Source: a virus. From it: a stretch of DNA of 64,000 nt. Position numbers and translations under genes: made by a program. The stretch lies in the IMG/VR virus record IMGVR_UViG_3300022843_000001, positions 134,786 to 198,785 of that record; one strand, 5' to 3'. Of the stretch, positions 8,315 through 17,135 are shown one piece after another; position 1 is the stretch's first letter; the number at the start of each line of letters is the position of its first letter. The notes below the pieces were generated by a model. That model saw only the letters and a list, made by a program, of their open reading frames with translations. It made no database searches and was not told the origin of the DNA.

Positions 8315-8593
8315 ATGTCAGTAAAATCTAAGTACACTCATGGGTGCGGTGTGTGTAGTCTTATAAGTAACTGTGGGTGTGCAGCAGTATTACAAGTACC
8401 TGATTTAACAGGTTATAAATACTCTCATGAGTATGATTCTTGTGACTATCATCAGATTGTTAAACATGATATTTATGACAATCGTGATCTTGGTGTGGAT
8501 AGTTTTGTTGAAACTATTTTAGTGACTTATAAAGCTTCTTTAGTGCTATCTGAAGATAGATTAAATGCTTATTTAGCTGATGATAGTAGATAG
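8315..8593 (+). CDS. Hypothetical Cys-rich protein
   Basis: AGGAG RBS before MSVKSK; HGCGVC...CGC motifs. Confidence 0.6.
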   Translation: MSVKSKYTHGCGVCSLISNCGCAAVLQVPDLTGYKYSHEYDSCDYHQIVKHDIYDNRDLGVDSFVETILVTYKASLVLSEDRLNAYLADDSR

Positions 8594-8662
8594 GTTTTAA
8601 GTTAGTTTATTTAGATAGGTGTTGCTACCACATTGAGTAGCAGTCTATTAATGGAGAATATT

Positions 8663-8950
8663 ATGAACACATTATTAATAAACAGTACACTTACTGTTTT
8701 AAGTATTGACGAAATAGTGGCGAATCATGCTCAAGCAGTATCTTTAGTATTAGTTGGTTTGTATGACATGCATGTTCAGGTAACTAAGGAAAATAACTCT
8801 TTATTCTTTAAGTACATGACAGATCAAGAGATGGATTACGCATTGAGTGATGTTGATGCTGGTACTTCAAGCCAGTTTAATTACCACAACCCTAATTGGC
8901 ACTTTGTATCATCATTACGAATAGCTATCAGAGATAGTTTAGAAGGTTAA
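8663..8950 (+). CDS. Hypothetical protein
   Basis: GGAG RBS before MNTLL. Confidence 0.6.
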   Translation: MNTLLINSTLTVLSIDEIVANHAQAVSLVLVGLYDMHVQVTKENNSLFFKYMTDQEMDYALSDVDAGTSSQFNYHNPNWHFVSSLRIAIRDSLEG

Positions 8951-9010
8951 ATAATGACCACCTAGCTCTACGGAAAGGGTTAGGAAATGTTAAGGAGCAG
9001 TACAGTACCG

Positions 9011-9028
9011 TGTATACATTCGTATACA
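9011..9028 (+). promoter_or_regulatory. Hairpin upstream of RNAP gene (candidate vRNAP promoter)
   Basis: TGTATAC-ATTC-GTATACA, perfect 7-bp stem 20 nt before the RNAP start. Confidence 0.45.
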
Positions 9029-9048
9029 TGTCATGTTTGGAGAACATT

Positions 9049-11055
9049 ATGAAAAACTTACAACCAGCAGTGTCAGAAAAAGCAGCAATAGATCACACAA
9101 ATGACAGCTTGAAAACTGCTATGTATTTGATGCTTAGCAACTCTGATTTGGTTACAAAGACAGCATTTTACGCTAATGAAGAGTTATACGATGATTGGAC
9201 AGCTATGGTACACGAATACGTGTTTGATACTTTATTACCGAACAGACTGAAGCATGTAATAGCAGCAGTAACTAGCGTAACAAACAGTTGCGATAAGGTA
9301 TTGCTGAGCACTTTTGTAGGCATGTTGAAGTATAAAAACATGGTTGGGCCATTAAAGGTTAAGCAAACTGAGGGACAGCTTAAACGTTTTAATATACTGG
9401 TGGCTGAATTAGTTACTAGTATACTAATTGACGAAGGCTTGCTTGAAGTACAAGTAGAAAAAGTTACAACAGCATTAGGTGTTAGAACACATAAGTATGT
9501 GACGTTTACTAAACATAATGTCAAAGATGTGTATAAAGGCATTATGGATAAAGCTGGTGTTGTGCTGCAGAAAGATATTGCTGGGCGTAAGCCTAATAAT
9601 GCGCAGAAAACTTGTCTTGCATTGTTATCTAGTCAGGCGTATGAACTTCATACTGCTCTTAGTCAGGCAGTACTGCACAAGTTTTATACACTTAAACCTG
9701 ATTGGAACAAGACTCACGATAAGAATGGTAATGAAATTAAATGGGTTGGTGCTTATAAACGTAAGCATTACAAAGATATGGCAGCGGAAGTAATGGAACT
9801 GCAAGATTGCATTTACTATATTGCGCATAAGTTTGACAATCGTTTACGTGTCGGTCCTGAGGCAAATAGGCTTGAAGGTATTAATCTTCATGGAAAGTCT
9901 TTTGAAACTGGACAGCATTGTGCTGCAAACTATAAAGATATAAATGATCAGGCTTATAGAATGATTGAGCAGCAGTTGTATTCAGCTAGGCATAACCGTG
10001 TGACTGTTCAGCAAGCAGTAGATAATTTGTCATCTAATGACTATTTACCTGTTACTGAGGACATTATGCTTGCAGCTACTAGCCAGAAGGAAATGGCTAA
10101 CTTGCACACTGCTAAGAAAGCATTAAAGTCAATGCAACGACACGCTGAAGGCAAGCCTTGCGGTAATTTATTCGGCTGGGACTTCACGTTCTCAGGTGGC
10201 ATTATGGCAGGTCTGTTGTTCAAGAGTCCTGAGTTCTTACAGTCAGGTAATCTTTATGGTGAGGATAAGGTAACTGATGCACATGCTAGGTTTGGTGAGT
10301 TATTTGGTCTTAGTGGTATTGATAGAGATACTGTTAAGGATATGCAGCAACCAGTTATGCATGGTGGTCACATTTCAGGTTTGCTGAAAGTACTAGCAGA
10401 TCATGGATTTGAGATGTCAGAAGCAGAGGTAAAGAGAGGTCTTACAGGTGTATACGGTGAATGTGTTGGTAATGTAAATATCATTGCTGAGTGGGGTCAA
10501 GCGTTAGCATGCAGTGAGTATGCAACAATGACTTGGACTATGCCTGATAACATGATTTCAGCACACAAAGCTTACCAAAGTGGTATTGCTGTTGAGAATT
10601 ATGTTGCATCAGCTACTAGTAAGCGTGGTTATACTCATAATGTACAGCTTAGTAATTTGCCTTATGAGACTACTAATACTGGTAAACCTTTGTATGCTAA
10701 GGAGATGACTATTGGTCATACTAACTATAAAGTTACTACTCATCTGAGAGGATTATTTGCCGATATTCTTCATAGTGTAGATGCTTATGTGTTACGTAGA
10801 GTAGTGAAAGCTGTTACTGATCAGGGCTATACTATATTGGTTAAGCATGACAACTTTTATATTCAACCAGCAGCTTATCCTACTTTAATTAAAGCAGCTA
10901 AGAAGGTGTTTAGAGAGTTGCTTCATAGTAATTTGCTGCACAATATACTCACTGAAATTAGTGAACGGTCACATAAAGAATCTAATGTGCCAGAAATAGT
11001 TTATGGCGAAGCTCAAGATTTGATTGAAGAAAGCCATAATTTCTTACTACCATAG
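9049..11055 (+). CDS. Single-subunit T7-type RNA polymerase (668 aa)
   Basis: Motif A WDFTFSG (D at 10180), motif B RDTVKDMQQPVMHGG, LHSVDA and motif C VKHDNF (D at 10849); FDNRLR segment. Confidence 0.85.
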   Translation: MKNLQPAVSEKAAIDHTNDSLKTAMYLMLSNSDLVTKTAFYANEELYDDWTAMVHEYVFDTLLPNRLKHVIAAVTSVTNSCDKVLLSTFVGMLKYKNMVGPLKVKQTEGQLKRFNILVAELVTSILIDEGLLEVQVEKVTTALGVRTHKYVTFTKHNVKDVYKGIMDKAGVVLQKDIAGRKPNNAQKTCLALLSSQAYELHTALSQAVLHKFYTLKPDWNKTHDKNGNEIKWVGAYKRKHYKDMAAEVMELQDCIYYIAHKFDNRLRVGPEANRLEGINLHGKSFETGQHCAANYKDINDQAYRMIEQQLYSARHNRVTVQQAVDNLSSNDYLPVTEDIMLAATSQKEMANLHTAKKALKSMQRHAEGKPCGNLFGWDFTFSGGIMAGLLFKSPEFLQSGNLYGEDKVTDAHARFGELFGLSGIDRDTVKDMQQPVMHGGHISGLLKVLADHGFEMSEAEVKRGLTGVYGECVGNVNIIAEWGQALACSEYATMTWTMPDNMISAHKAYQSGIAVENYVASATSKRGYTHNVQLSNLPYETTNTGKPLYAKEMTIGHTNYKVTTHLRGLFADILHSVDAYVLRRVVKAVTDQGYTILVKHDNFYIQPAAYPTLIKAAKKVFRELLHSNLLHNILTEISERSHKESNVPEIVYGEAQDLIEESHNFLLP

Positions 11056-11779
11056 TAGGTAGTTAATGCACAAGGATGTGCCAATATACTATTAAGGATT
11101 TTTATGTAGTGTACAACAAGGTATTACATTAACCGCACCAGTTGTGGGTTTACTTTAGTGTATACGAATATGTATTGATCTTTATTTATTATTTCCCTTA
11201 TTACACCCCTAGATTCGACAGTTTTTTTCCTGCTCGCATTCGCTCCCTATAGTGAAAAAAGACGGTATGTTCTTTTTTACAGCAGCTAATGACGTACTGG
11301 CAATACGCAATCTGTAAATATATAGCTGTTTTAATATGTATAGCAATCTCGCATTAATTTAAATAGGAGATGTGTAATGGATATACTGTGCCGTTAGAAG
11401 CGGCTTAAATAGACTTGTAATAAACCAACTCAAGTCTTTTACCAGAACTACCAATAAGATACTAAGTATCTATGTACGATCTCACAGATGTAGCCATAGG
11501 CACACAGCTGAGTGAAACAAACTAGTAGAGTAAACTGCTTGACTAAATCTAACCAAATTTAACACCGTAAGTGTGTAACGGCTATTGTGCTAGCTGTAAA
11601 GTTTAGCTATTCGCTCTGAAGTAGTCTGAGGCAAATTTACACATTTGTACAACGACACGGTTGCCTTGAACAAGCAACACTGGAGACGTAACCAGTATAA
11701 ATTATGTTAGTAAATTTTTAGTTAAGGTAACGTATTACACCTATTTTAAAGTAATACAAAATTTAAGAGGATTTATATC
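11056..11779 (+). other. 724-nt intergenic region with many short stem-loops
   Basis: No ORF of 60 aa or more; stems such as AGACTTG/CAAGTCT, GCCG/CGGC, GTATTAC/GTAATAC, GATAC/GTATC, CAGCTA/TAGCTG. Confidence 0.5.
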
Positions 11780-12100
11780 ATGTCTATCATGAAAGATACG
11801 CCTGAAATGCGGTCAGCTGCATATAAAGAGGCGTTACAACGTAAGCAGCAAATGAAGTTGCACAATATAACTGCAGACATGACTCAAGAACAGTCTGACG
11901 CAAAAATCATTCAACTTTCGGAAGCAAAGGCAGAATTAACAGGCAAGCCTGTGTCATCTGTTGCCGCAGGGCAGGAATGGTACGTTAACGAGTTAATTGA
12001 GTTTGCTGGAATGTCTCCTACAGAACGTTATCAATGGGGTAGAGACCAGTCATTTCCTGATACTGCTTCTGATGCAGAACTGCTATCCGCACTAGCTTAA
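11780..12100 (+). CDS. Hypothetical protein (106 aa)
   Basis: GAGG RBS. Confidence 0.75.
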   Translation: MSIMKDTPEMRSAAYKEALQRKQQMKLHNITADMTQEQSDAKIIQLSEAKAELTGKPVSSVAAGQEWYVNELIEFAGMSPTERYQWGRDQSFPDTASDAELLSALA

Positions 12101-12201
12101 CTGTTAGTGCTCACGTGCCAGTACGTGTACCCAACTGGCAATTAACCAGCGTAATTTATAGGCTTATTCTTAAACTTCTTAATATAAAAGGTTAATTAAC
12201 T

Positions 12202-12576
12202 ATGACTAATTTACTAAAAAATCAAGTTGAAGCTGTAAAACTTTGGTGTCAAGCACTTGAGTCTGAAGAATACTTACAAGGAGTGAATACTTTACAAGAA
12301 AATGATAATAGTTTTTGTTGTTTAGGTGTTGCTTGTTTAGTAGCTGAAAAAAATGGTGTACATGTAATTCGTGATGAGTTTGGAATTATAAAAGGCAATA
12401 ATCTTGCTACACAAGCAGCAGTTATGGACTGGTTAGGATTACGTGATCCATCTGGTGCGTATAGCTATACTGATATAAATATACCTAGTTTAACTTCGCT
12501 TAATGATAGGGAAGTATCGTTTAAAAAGATTTCTAAAATTATACAAAGTAACCCAGAAGGTCTATTTATTTCTTAA
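12202..12576 (+). CDS. Conserved phage protein (ALxSxxYxQG...FCCLGV family), copy 1
   Basis: ALESEEYLQG...FCCLGVACLVAEKNGV; paralogue at 15676. Confidence 0.75.
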   Translation: MTNLLKNQVEAVKLWCQALESEEYLQGVNTLQENDNSFCCLGVACLVAEKNGVHVIRDEFGIIKGNNLATQAAVMDWLGLRDPSGAYSYTDINIPSLTSLNDREVSFKKISKIIQSNPEGLFIS

Positions 12577-12615
12577 AAAGATAATTTAGGCTAATTACAA
12601 ATTTTAGGTGTAGCT

Positions 12616-12813
12616 ATGAAAATAGATAACAAACATTGGTTATGTTTATGCTTAGTTAAAATGTCTGAAGAGAATAAAAAAGTTAAACATAACCACAGTA
12701 CGTCTATTACTGATAACAGTTTTGAACATTTAACTAAGTCTGTATTTAGTATAGATCTTAATGGTGGTATTACTGAAGAAGGTTTAACTCTAGTAGAACG
12801 TAATTTTCCTTAA
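12616..12813 (+). CDS. Hypothetical protein (65 aa)
   Basis: AGGTG RBS. Confidence 0.55.
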   Translation: MKIDNKHWLCLCLVKMSEENKKVKHNHSTSITDNSFEHLTKSVFSIDLNGGITEEGLTLVERNFP

Positions 12814-12834
12814 AGTAACTTTTAAGAGGTTATT

Positions 12835-13236
12835 ATGATTAGTAAATATCCGGGTAAGTACTGTAGTAAGAAAGTTGCTGATATGTCTCCTGAAGAGCAT
12901 AAGCAACATAGAATACATTCTAACGCTTACAACAAATCTAAAAGTCCTGAACAAAATAAAAGAGATTTGGATTCACAAAATAGATGGAGATCTAAGAATA
13001 CTGAAAAAGTACTAATTTACTCTAAACGTTGGAGAGACAAAAATACTACTAAAGTAAAAGTGTGCTCACGTGATTACTATAGAAGATCGTCTAAAAACTT
13101 AACTGATGTGTATATAAGAAATCTTGTACATATCAGTACAGGATTACAGAAAAATTTAATAACTCAGGAAATGATAAATATTCATCGTTCAACCCTCGCA
13201 ATAAAGCGAATTATTAAAACAACCAGAGAGAAATAA
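12835..13236 (+). CDS. Hypothetical basic protein (133 aa)
   Basis: GAGG RBS; Lys/Arg-rich helical repeats. Confidence 0.7.
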   Translation: MISKYPGKYCSKKVADMSPEEHKQHRIHSNAYNKSKSPEQNKRDLDSQNRWRSKNTEKVLIYSKRWRDKNTTKVKVCSRDYYRRSSKNLTDVYIRNLVHISTGLQKNLITQEMINIHRSTLAIKRIIKTTREK

Positions 13237-13238
13237 AA

Positions 13239-13775
13239 ATGAAAGATCAAAATTTTAAAGTTATTGTAGATACTATTAAAAAACTTAGTTTTAATAGTGA
13301 TTCACAAAAGTATGACCTAGCTAAAGTATTACATCAAGCTCGTATTGTTAATTGGTCACAGACTAAGTACAAGACATTTGACAACATGATTAAAGTAGAG
13401 ATTAATGACACTAATCGTGAAGTTTATACTTTAATTTATGGTTATTCTTGTATGCAGAAGTTTAAATGGTCTGATGCAGCTATTAAGACAGTGTTAAAAC
13501 AATTAGGGTGGTCTAGATTTGTAGCTGCTATACAAAAAGAATTTGTTATTAAAACAAAATATGATTTTATTAATAAGTATTACAAAATGCCTATGAATAA
13601 GTTAATACCTGTACGTGCAGTAGATCCTGAAGGTGATAGAGCTTACGGTTTTAATTTACCTGCAGAACATGCTAATAAATGGGATGGTATTCTTACACAA
13701 CACGGTATGACTATTATCAATGGTCGTAGACATGGTGTAAGAGACTCTGTTATATCATTGATTAACACACTTTAA
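13239..13775 (+). CDS. Hypothetical protein (178 aa)
   Basis: ORF coupled to previous gene. Confidence 0.75.
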   Translation: MKDQNFKVIVDTIKKLSFNSDSQKYDLAKVLHQARIVNWSQTKYKTFDNMIKVEINDTNREVYTLIYGYSCMQKFKWSDAAIKTVLKQLGWSRFVAAIQKEFVIKTKYDFINKYYKMPMNKLIPVRAVDPEGDRAYGFNLPAEHANKWDGILTQHGMTIINGRRHGVRDSVISLINTL

Positions 13776-14016
13776 TATAATTCGAATAGGTAGCTGATGC
13801 TCTCTGCTGTTAATTACACGATGTTTCTGTTGACAACCAACATGTTCTGAAAAGAAATGTGCAGGGGATTAGAGTAAGAGTGATAGAGTACCTCCTACGA
13901 GAAATCTAGGTGTGCCTGAAGCACAGTAAAAAGCAGTATTAAATTATAACCCTAGCTAGAGGGTAAAGTCGGTATTCGTGTTTCTAGTGAAGCGTCTAAT
14001 TAACGTATGCGAATAA

Positions 14017-14086
14017 GCATTAGTGGTGTAATGGTTGCACACCTTCATTGCGAGGGAGTGTAGAGTTCGATTCTCTGCCTAATGTC
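14017..14086 (+). pseudogene. Degenerate/atypical tRNA (Ala-TGC-like by canonical numbering)
   Basis: GCATTAG/CTAATGT acceptor, GTGT-AATGGTT-GCAC D arm, TTCGATT T loop; weak anticodon stem, no CCA. Confidence 0.55.
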
Positions 14087-14118
14087 GGCACTTATTTTTA
14101 ATCAACTAGGTAAATATT

Positions 14119-14325
14119 ATGTCTACAATTCAAGTAAATAAAGAAGCTCACAGAGCTAAAGCACAACTATTTCGTACTGGACACATTGTACGTGAATTGT
14201 CAGGAAACGTTGTGTGTGATGGAAGTGTAACAGTTAAAAACTACCCTTGGTGTAATAACGTCAGTGGTATTAATGTTGCAAAGAAATTTGTTCGTAAGTC
14301 AGGTCAAGTTTCTGTTAATAATTGA
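14119..14325 (+). CDS. Hypothetical protein (68 aa)
   Basis: AGGT RBS; lies between two tRNA-like elements. Confidence 0.6.
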   Translation: MSTIQVNKEAHRAKAQLFRTGHIVRELSGNVVCDGSVTVKNYPWCNNVSGINVAKKFVRKSGQVSVNN

Positions 14326-14422
14326 TAAGTTTTGCCTTTCCACGGTTGGCAGTAAAGTAACTGGCAGGTTCGACTCCTCGCTTTAGGCACCATTTACTAT
14401 TTTTAAACTTACAGAGGCAGTT

Positions 14423-14824
14423 ATGAAAATTGATTTCAGTAACCCATTGTTTGGAACATCAAAACCAAATCCTTGTGAGTATGCATTTCGTTATTGTGAT
14501 AGTAGTAACATGCTTGGGTATTGGGATATTTATTCAGAAGAATTTACAGCTACTGGAAGAGAAACTAATATTTACTTAGAGTACTGGAAAATACTTAGAT
14601 TTACTCCTAAAGGCATTGTTATTGAATGTTACAGAGTTGGAAAGTTTAAGGAAAAATTTATAGCCCATAAATGGCTAAAGAAATTTGCTCACTTAAATCT
14701 AGAGGAAGCTCAAACAGCTTTCTTGTATCGTAAAAGTAAACAAATAGGGTTACTTAAAGGACAACTAGTAAACGCAAATGCTGCTTATAACCTAGCTAAA
14801 AACAAAAAATGGGGACATGACTAA
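14423..14824 (+). CDS. Hypothetical protein (133 aa)
   Basis: GAGG RBS. Confidence 0.7.
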   Translation: MKIDFSNPLFGTSKPNPCEYAFRYCDSSNMLGYWDIYSEEFTATGRETNIYLEYWKILRFTPKGIVIECYRVGKFKEKFIAHKWLKKFAHLNLEEAQTAFLYRKSKQIGLLKGQLVNANAAYNLAKNKKWGHD

Positions 14825-15270
14825 TGAAACCACTTTATATTTTCGATATTGATGGAACACTAGCTGATCTTAGGCATCGTCTTCATTTAATTAAACAAAA
14901 AAGTCCTGATTGGGATGCGTTTCACTCTAGCGTAATGAGTGACGCACCAATTCCTAGCACGATAAGTACATTGCAAATGTTGGCTGAGTTTTGTGATATT
15001 TGGTATTTTACAGGACGTATGGAGACTTGCCGAGACTACACTGAGATGTGGTTAAAAGCACACGTACAAGGTTGGAGTAACCCTAATGTGACAATGAGAG
15101 CTAAAGACGACACTAGGCCAGATTACGTAATTAAGCAGGAGATGTTAGATAATATGCTAGATGTTGATCGTCGTAGATTAGTTGCTGTATTTGATGATCG
15201 TCAAAAAGTTGTTCAGATGTGGAGAGCAAATAATATTACTTGCTACCAAGTAGATAACGGAAACTTTTGA
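14824..15270 (+). CDS. HAD-family polynucleotide 3'-phosphatase (PseT/PNKP C-terminal-like)
   Basis: FDIDGTL, FTGR, MRAKDDTRPDYVIKQE, VFDDRQKVV motifs. Confidence 0.9.
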   Translation: MKPLYIFDIDGTLADLRHRLHLIKQKSPDWDAFHSSVMSDAPIPSTISTLQMLAEFCDIWYFTGRMETCRDYTEMWLKAHVQGWSNPNVTMRAKDDTRPDYVIKQEMLDNMLDVDRRRLVAVFDDRQKVVQMWRANNITCYQVDNGNF

Positions 15271-15280
15271 GGATAGTTTA

Positions 15281-15664
15281 ATGAAATTAACAAGTGAAAA
15301 TGTAGAAAAAGTTTTTAGATCGTGTTTGTTTGAAGACAATGAAGAACAGATAGATATTGTTAACTCTGCTGGAGTAGTTATAGATGCAGAATTTAAAAAA
15401 CAAAAACTAGAAGAAAACAAAGAAAACATTATTGCTATGTTAGATCAGCTACCTGATGACTTTAATCAAGAACTCGGAGGAGGTATGCATTTTACTAATG
15501 CTGCTTATAGAAATGACAACTATTTATGGGGTGAACACTGCCATGTTGATTTTCTTATTTGTTTAGGTATAGCTGTAGGTTATGTCAGATTTTGTTTAGC
15601 AAGGGAATTTTGGGCAGTATTGCCACAAAAACTTCCTTATTTTGTAACAGGAAAAATTAATTAG
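15281..15664 (+). CDS. Conserved hypothetical phage protein (127 aa)
   Basis: MLDQLP...GGGMHF...CLGIA pattern. Confidence 0.75.
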   Translation: MKLTSENVEKVFRSCLFEDNEEQIDIVNSAGVVIDAEFKKQKLEENKENIIAMLDQLPDDFNQELGGGMHFTNAAYRNDNYLWGEHCHVDFLICLGIAVGYVRFCLAREFWAVLPQKLPYFVTGKIN

Positions 15665-15675
15665 GTAATAATATT

Positions 15676-16077
15676 ATGACTAATAAAGAAGAATACAAAA
15701 GAAGAAGAAAACTTTTAACAGACGCTTTGCGTTCTGGTGACTACAATCAAGGTTTTGGAGCTTTAGAAACTAAAGCAGGGTTCTGTTGTTTGGGTGTAGC
15801 TTGTGTAGTTGCTGAAAAAAATGGTGTAAAAGTTAACCGTGTTAGTGGAATACAAACTCTTGAAGGAAATACTTTTTTATCTCAAAAAAATGTTATTGAT
15901 TGGTACGGTTTTCGTAGTTTTTCAGCTAAATTTACATTAGCAGGCGATACAAGCGAACTTTCTTTGATAAATTTAAACGATGTATACAAATTTTCATTTG
16001 ACCAAATAGCAGACATTATTGAAAATGAGACTGGCAATCTTTTTGTAGAAAGTGATGATCACCATGTTAAACTCTAA
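15676..16077 (+). CDS. Conserved phage protein (FCCLGV family), copy 2
   Basis: ALRSGDYNQG...FCCLGVACVVAEKNGV. Confidence 0.75.
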   Translation: MTNKEEYKRRRKLLTDALRSGDYNQGFGALETKAGFCCLGVACVVAEKNGVKVNRVSGIQTLEGNTFLSQKNVIDWYGFRSFSAKFTLAGDTSELSLINLNDVYKFSFDQIADIIENETGNLFVESDDHHVKL

Positions 16078-16324
16078 TCATCCCTTACATATATGTACTG
16101 ACTGCACTTATTATGATGCTCACAGAGACAACTACGGAAAAATTATAGCTAGGTGGTGTAAAAAACACACTGCTATTTGTGAAGACGCTGTAAAAGTTTG
16201 CGATTACCAAGTTGTACAAAAGCAAACAAATTTTGTTTTATATACGTGTGATTTTCATAATAAACATTTTATTAACAGGTTTGCTCTTGAAACACAAGAT
16301 ACTGAGTATAACCTCCACTTGTAG
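16052..16324 (+). CDS. Hypothetical Cys/His-rich protein
   Basis: CTDC...C..H...C motifs. Confidence 0.55.
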   Translation: MMITMLNSNHPLHICTDCTYYDAHRDNYGKIIARWCKKHTAICEDAVKVCDYQVVQKQTNFVLYTCDFHNKHFINRFALETQDTEYNLHL

Positions 16325-16333
16325 GTTTAAATT

Positions 16334-16462
16334 ATGAAAATGGTTTGTTATTTATTAGTAGTATTAATAATTGTAATCGTAGCTGTTTTTGCAGATCCAA
16401 GAACAGAACTAGGGAGTAAAAAACACTTACCGGGAAGTTCTTTTTGTGTAACGTTTTATTAA
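16334..16462 (+). CDS. Small membrane protein (42 aa)
   Basis: MKMVCYLLVVLIIVIVAVFADP...; manual translation. Confidence 0.45.
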   Translation: MKMVCYLLVVLIIVIVAVFADPRTELGSKKHLPGSSFCVTFY

Positions 16463-16478
16463 CAACAGGAGTAAAAAT

Positions 16479-16769
16479 ATGACTACTTTTGAATCTTGGA
16501 TACAAAATATTAAAAGCATTATGTGGACTAAAGACAAAGTAGCTTGTGCTACAGTTGCTTGGCATTATCAACAAAAAATAATTAACAAACTTAATGCAAA
16601 ATTAAGTTTAATTGAAAATAACAACCATACTTTAAAAGAAGATACTAAAAAGCAATCTGGGTTATTAAAAGAAGCTGTTACAAGGCTAGAATGGTTCATA
16701 AACACATTTCCTGAAGGATGTAGTTATAATGACCACAATTTGATAGCTAGAGTTAAAGAAGTTATATAA
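16479..16769 (+). CDS. Hypothetical protein (96 aa)
   Basis: AGGAG RBS. Confidence 0.7.
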   Translation: MTTFESWIQNIKSIMWTKDKVACATVAWHYQQKIINKLNAKLSLIENNNHTLKEDTKKQSGLLKEAVTRLEWFINTFPEGCSYNDHNLIARVKEVI

Positions 16770-17135
16770 TGATAATGAAAAAACCTATGAATATTTTATT
16801 TATTGCTATATGACAAGCACAAACAATAACTAATTGTGTACTAGTAGTTACTATTAGTATATGTAACCCAGTAGCTAAATACCACAGTGTTGATGTATTT
16901 TCTACGTTAATCCAGCCACAACCAGTACCGCCATTCTTTGGGAGTGGTACGGACTATTAAAATGAAATAACTAATACAGCGTAAATAAAGCTAAATTAAA
17001 GTGGAATTACAAACTACGTACAAATGGTAAAGTAGTGAGTAAAAGTGGTTATTTGACTGCTAAAAACGCTTCTACAGAAAAAGATTTGTATATATTGGAA
17101 AACAACTTAATTAATCAATTATCAGGTATAGAAAC

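Larger units (their letters stand above)
13914..14392 (+). ncRNA. Candidate RNA with tRNA-like termini (distal acceptor strand + T arm + CCA)
   Basis: 3' end GCAGG-TTCGACT-CCT(C)GC-TTTAGGC-A-CCA; 5' GCCTGAA at 13914 pairs 7 bp with TTTAGGC. Confidence 0.4.

Noticed and set aside
11207-11222. CTAGATTCGACAG resembling the tmRNA 5' motif
   Set aside because: No GGGG acceptor strand upstream and no matching 3' TLD nearby
11489-11600. Hammerhead-like CTGAGTGAAAC and three complementary blocks (TAGCC/GCACA/CAGCT)
   Set aside because: Core spacing does not fit CUGAnGA...GAAA, and blocks occur in parallel order so cannot nest
13914-14392. Calling this element a bona fide tmRNA
   Set aside because: No G3-U70, no ssrA-like tag ending in hydrophobic/Ala residues; kept only as tRNA-like termini
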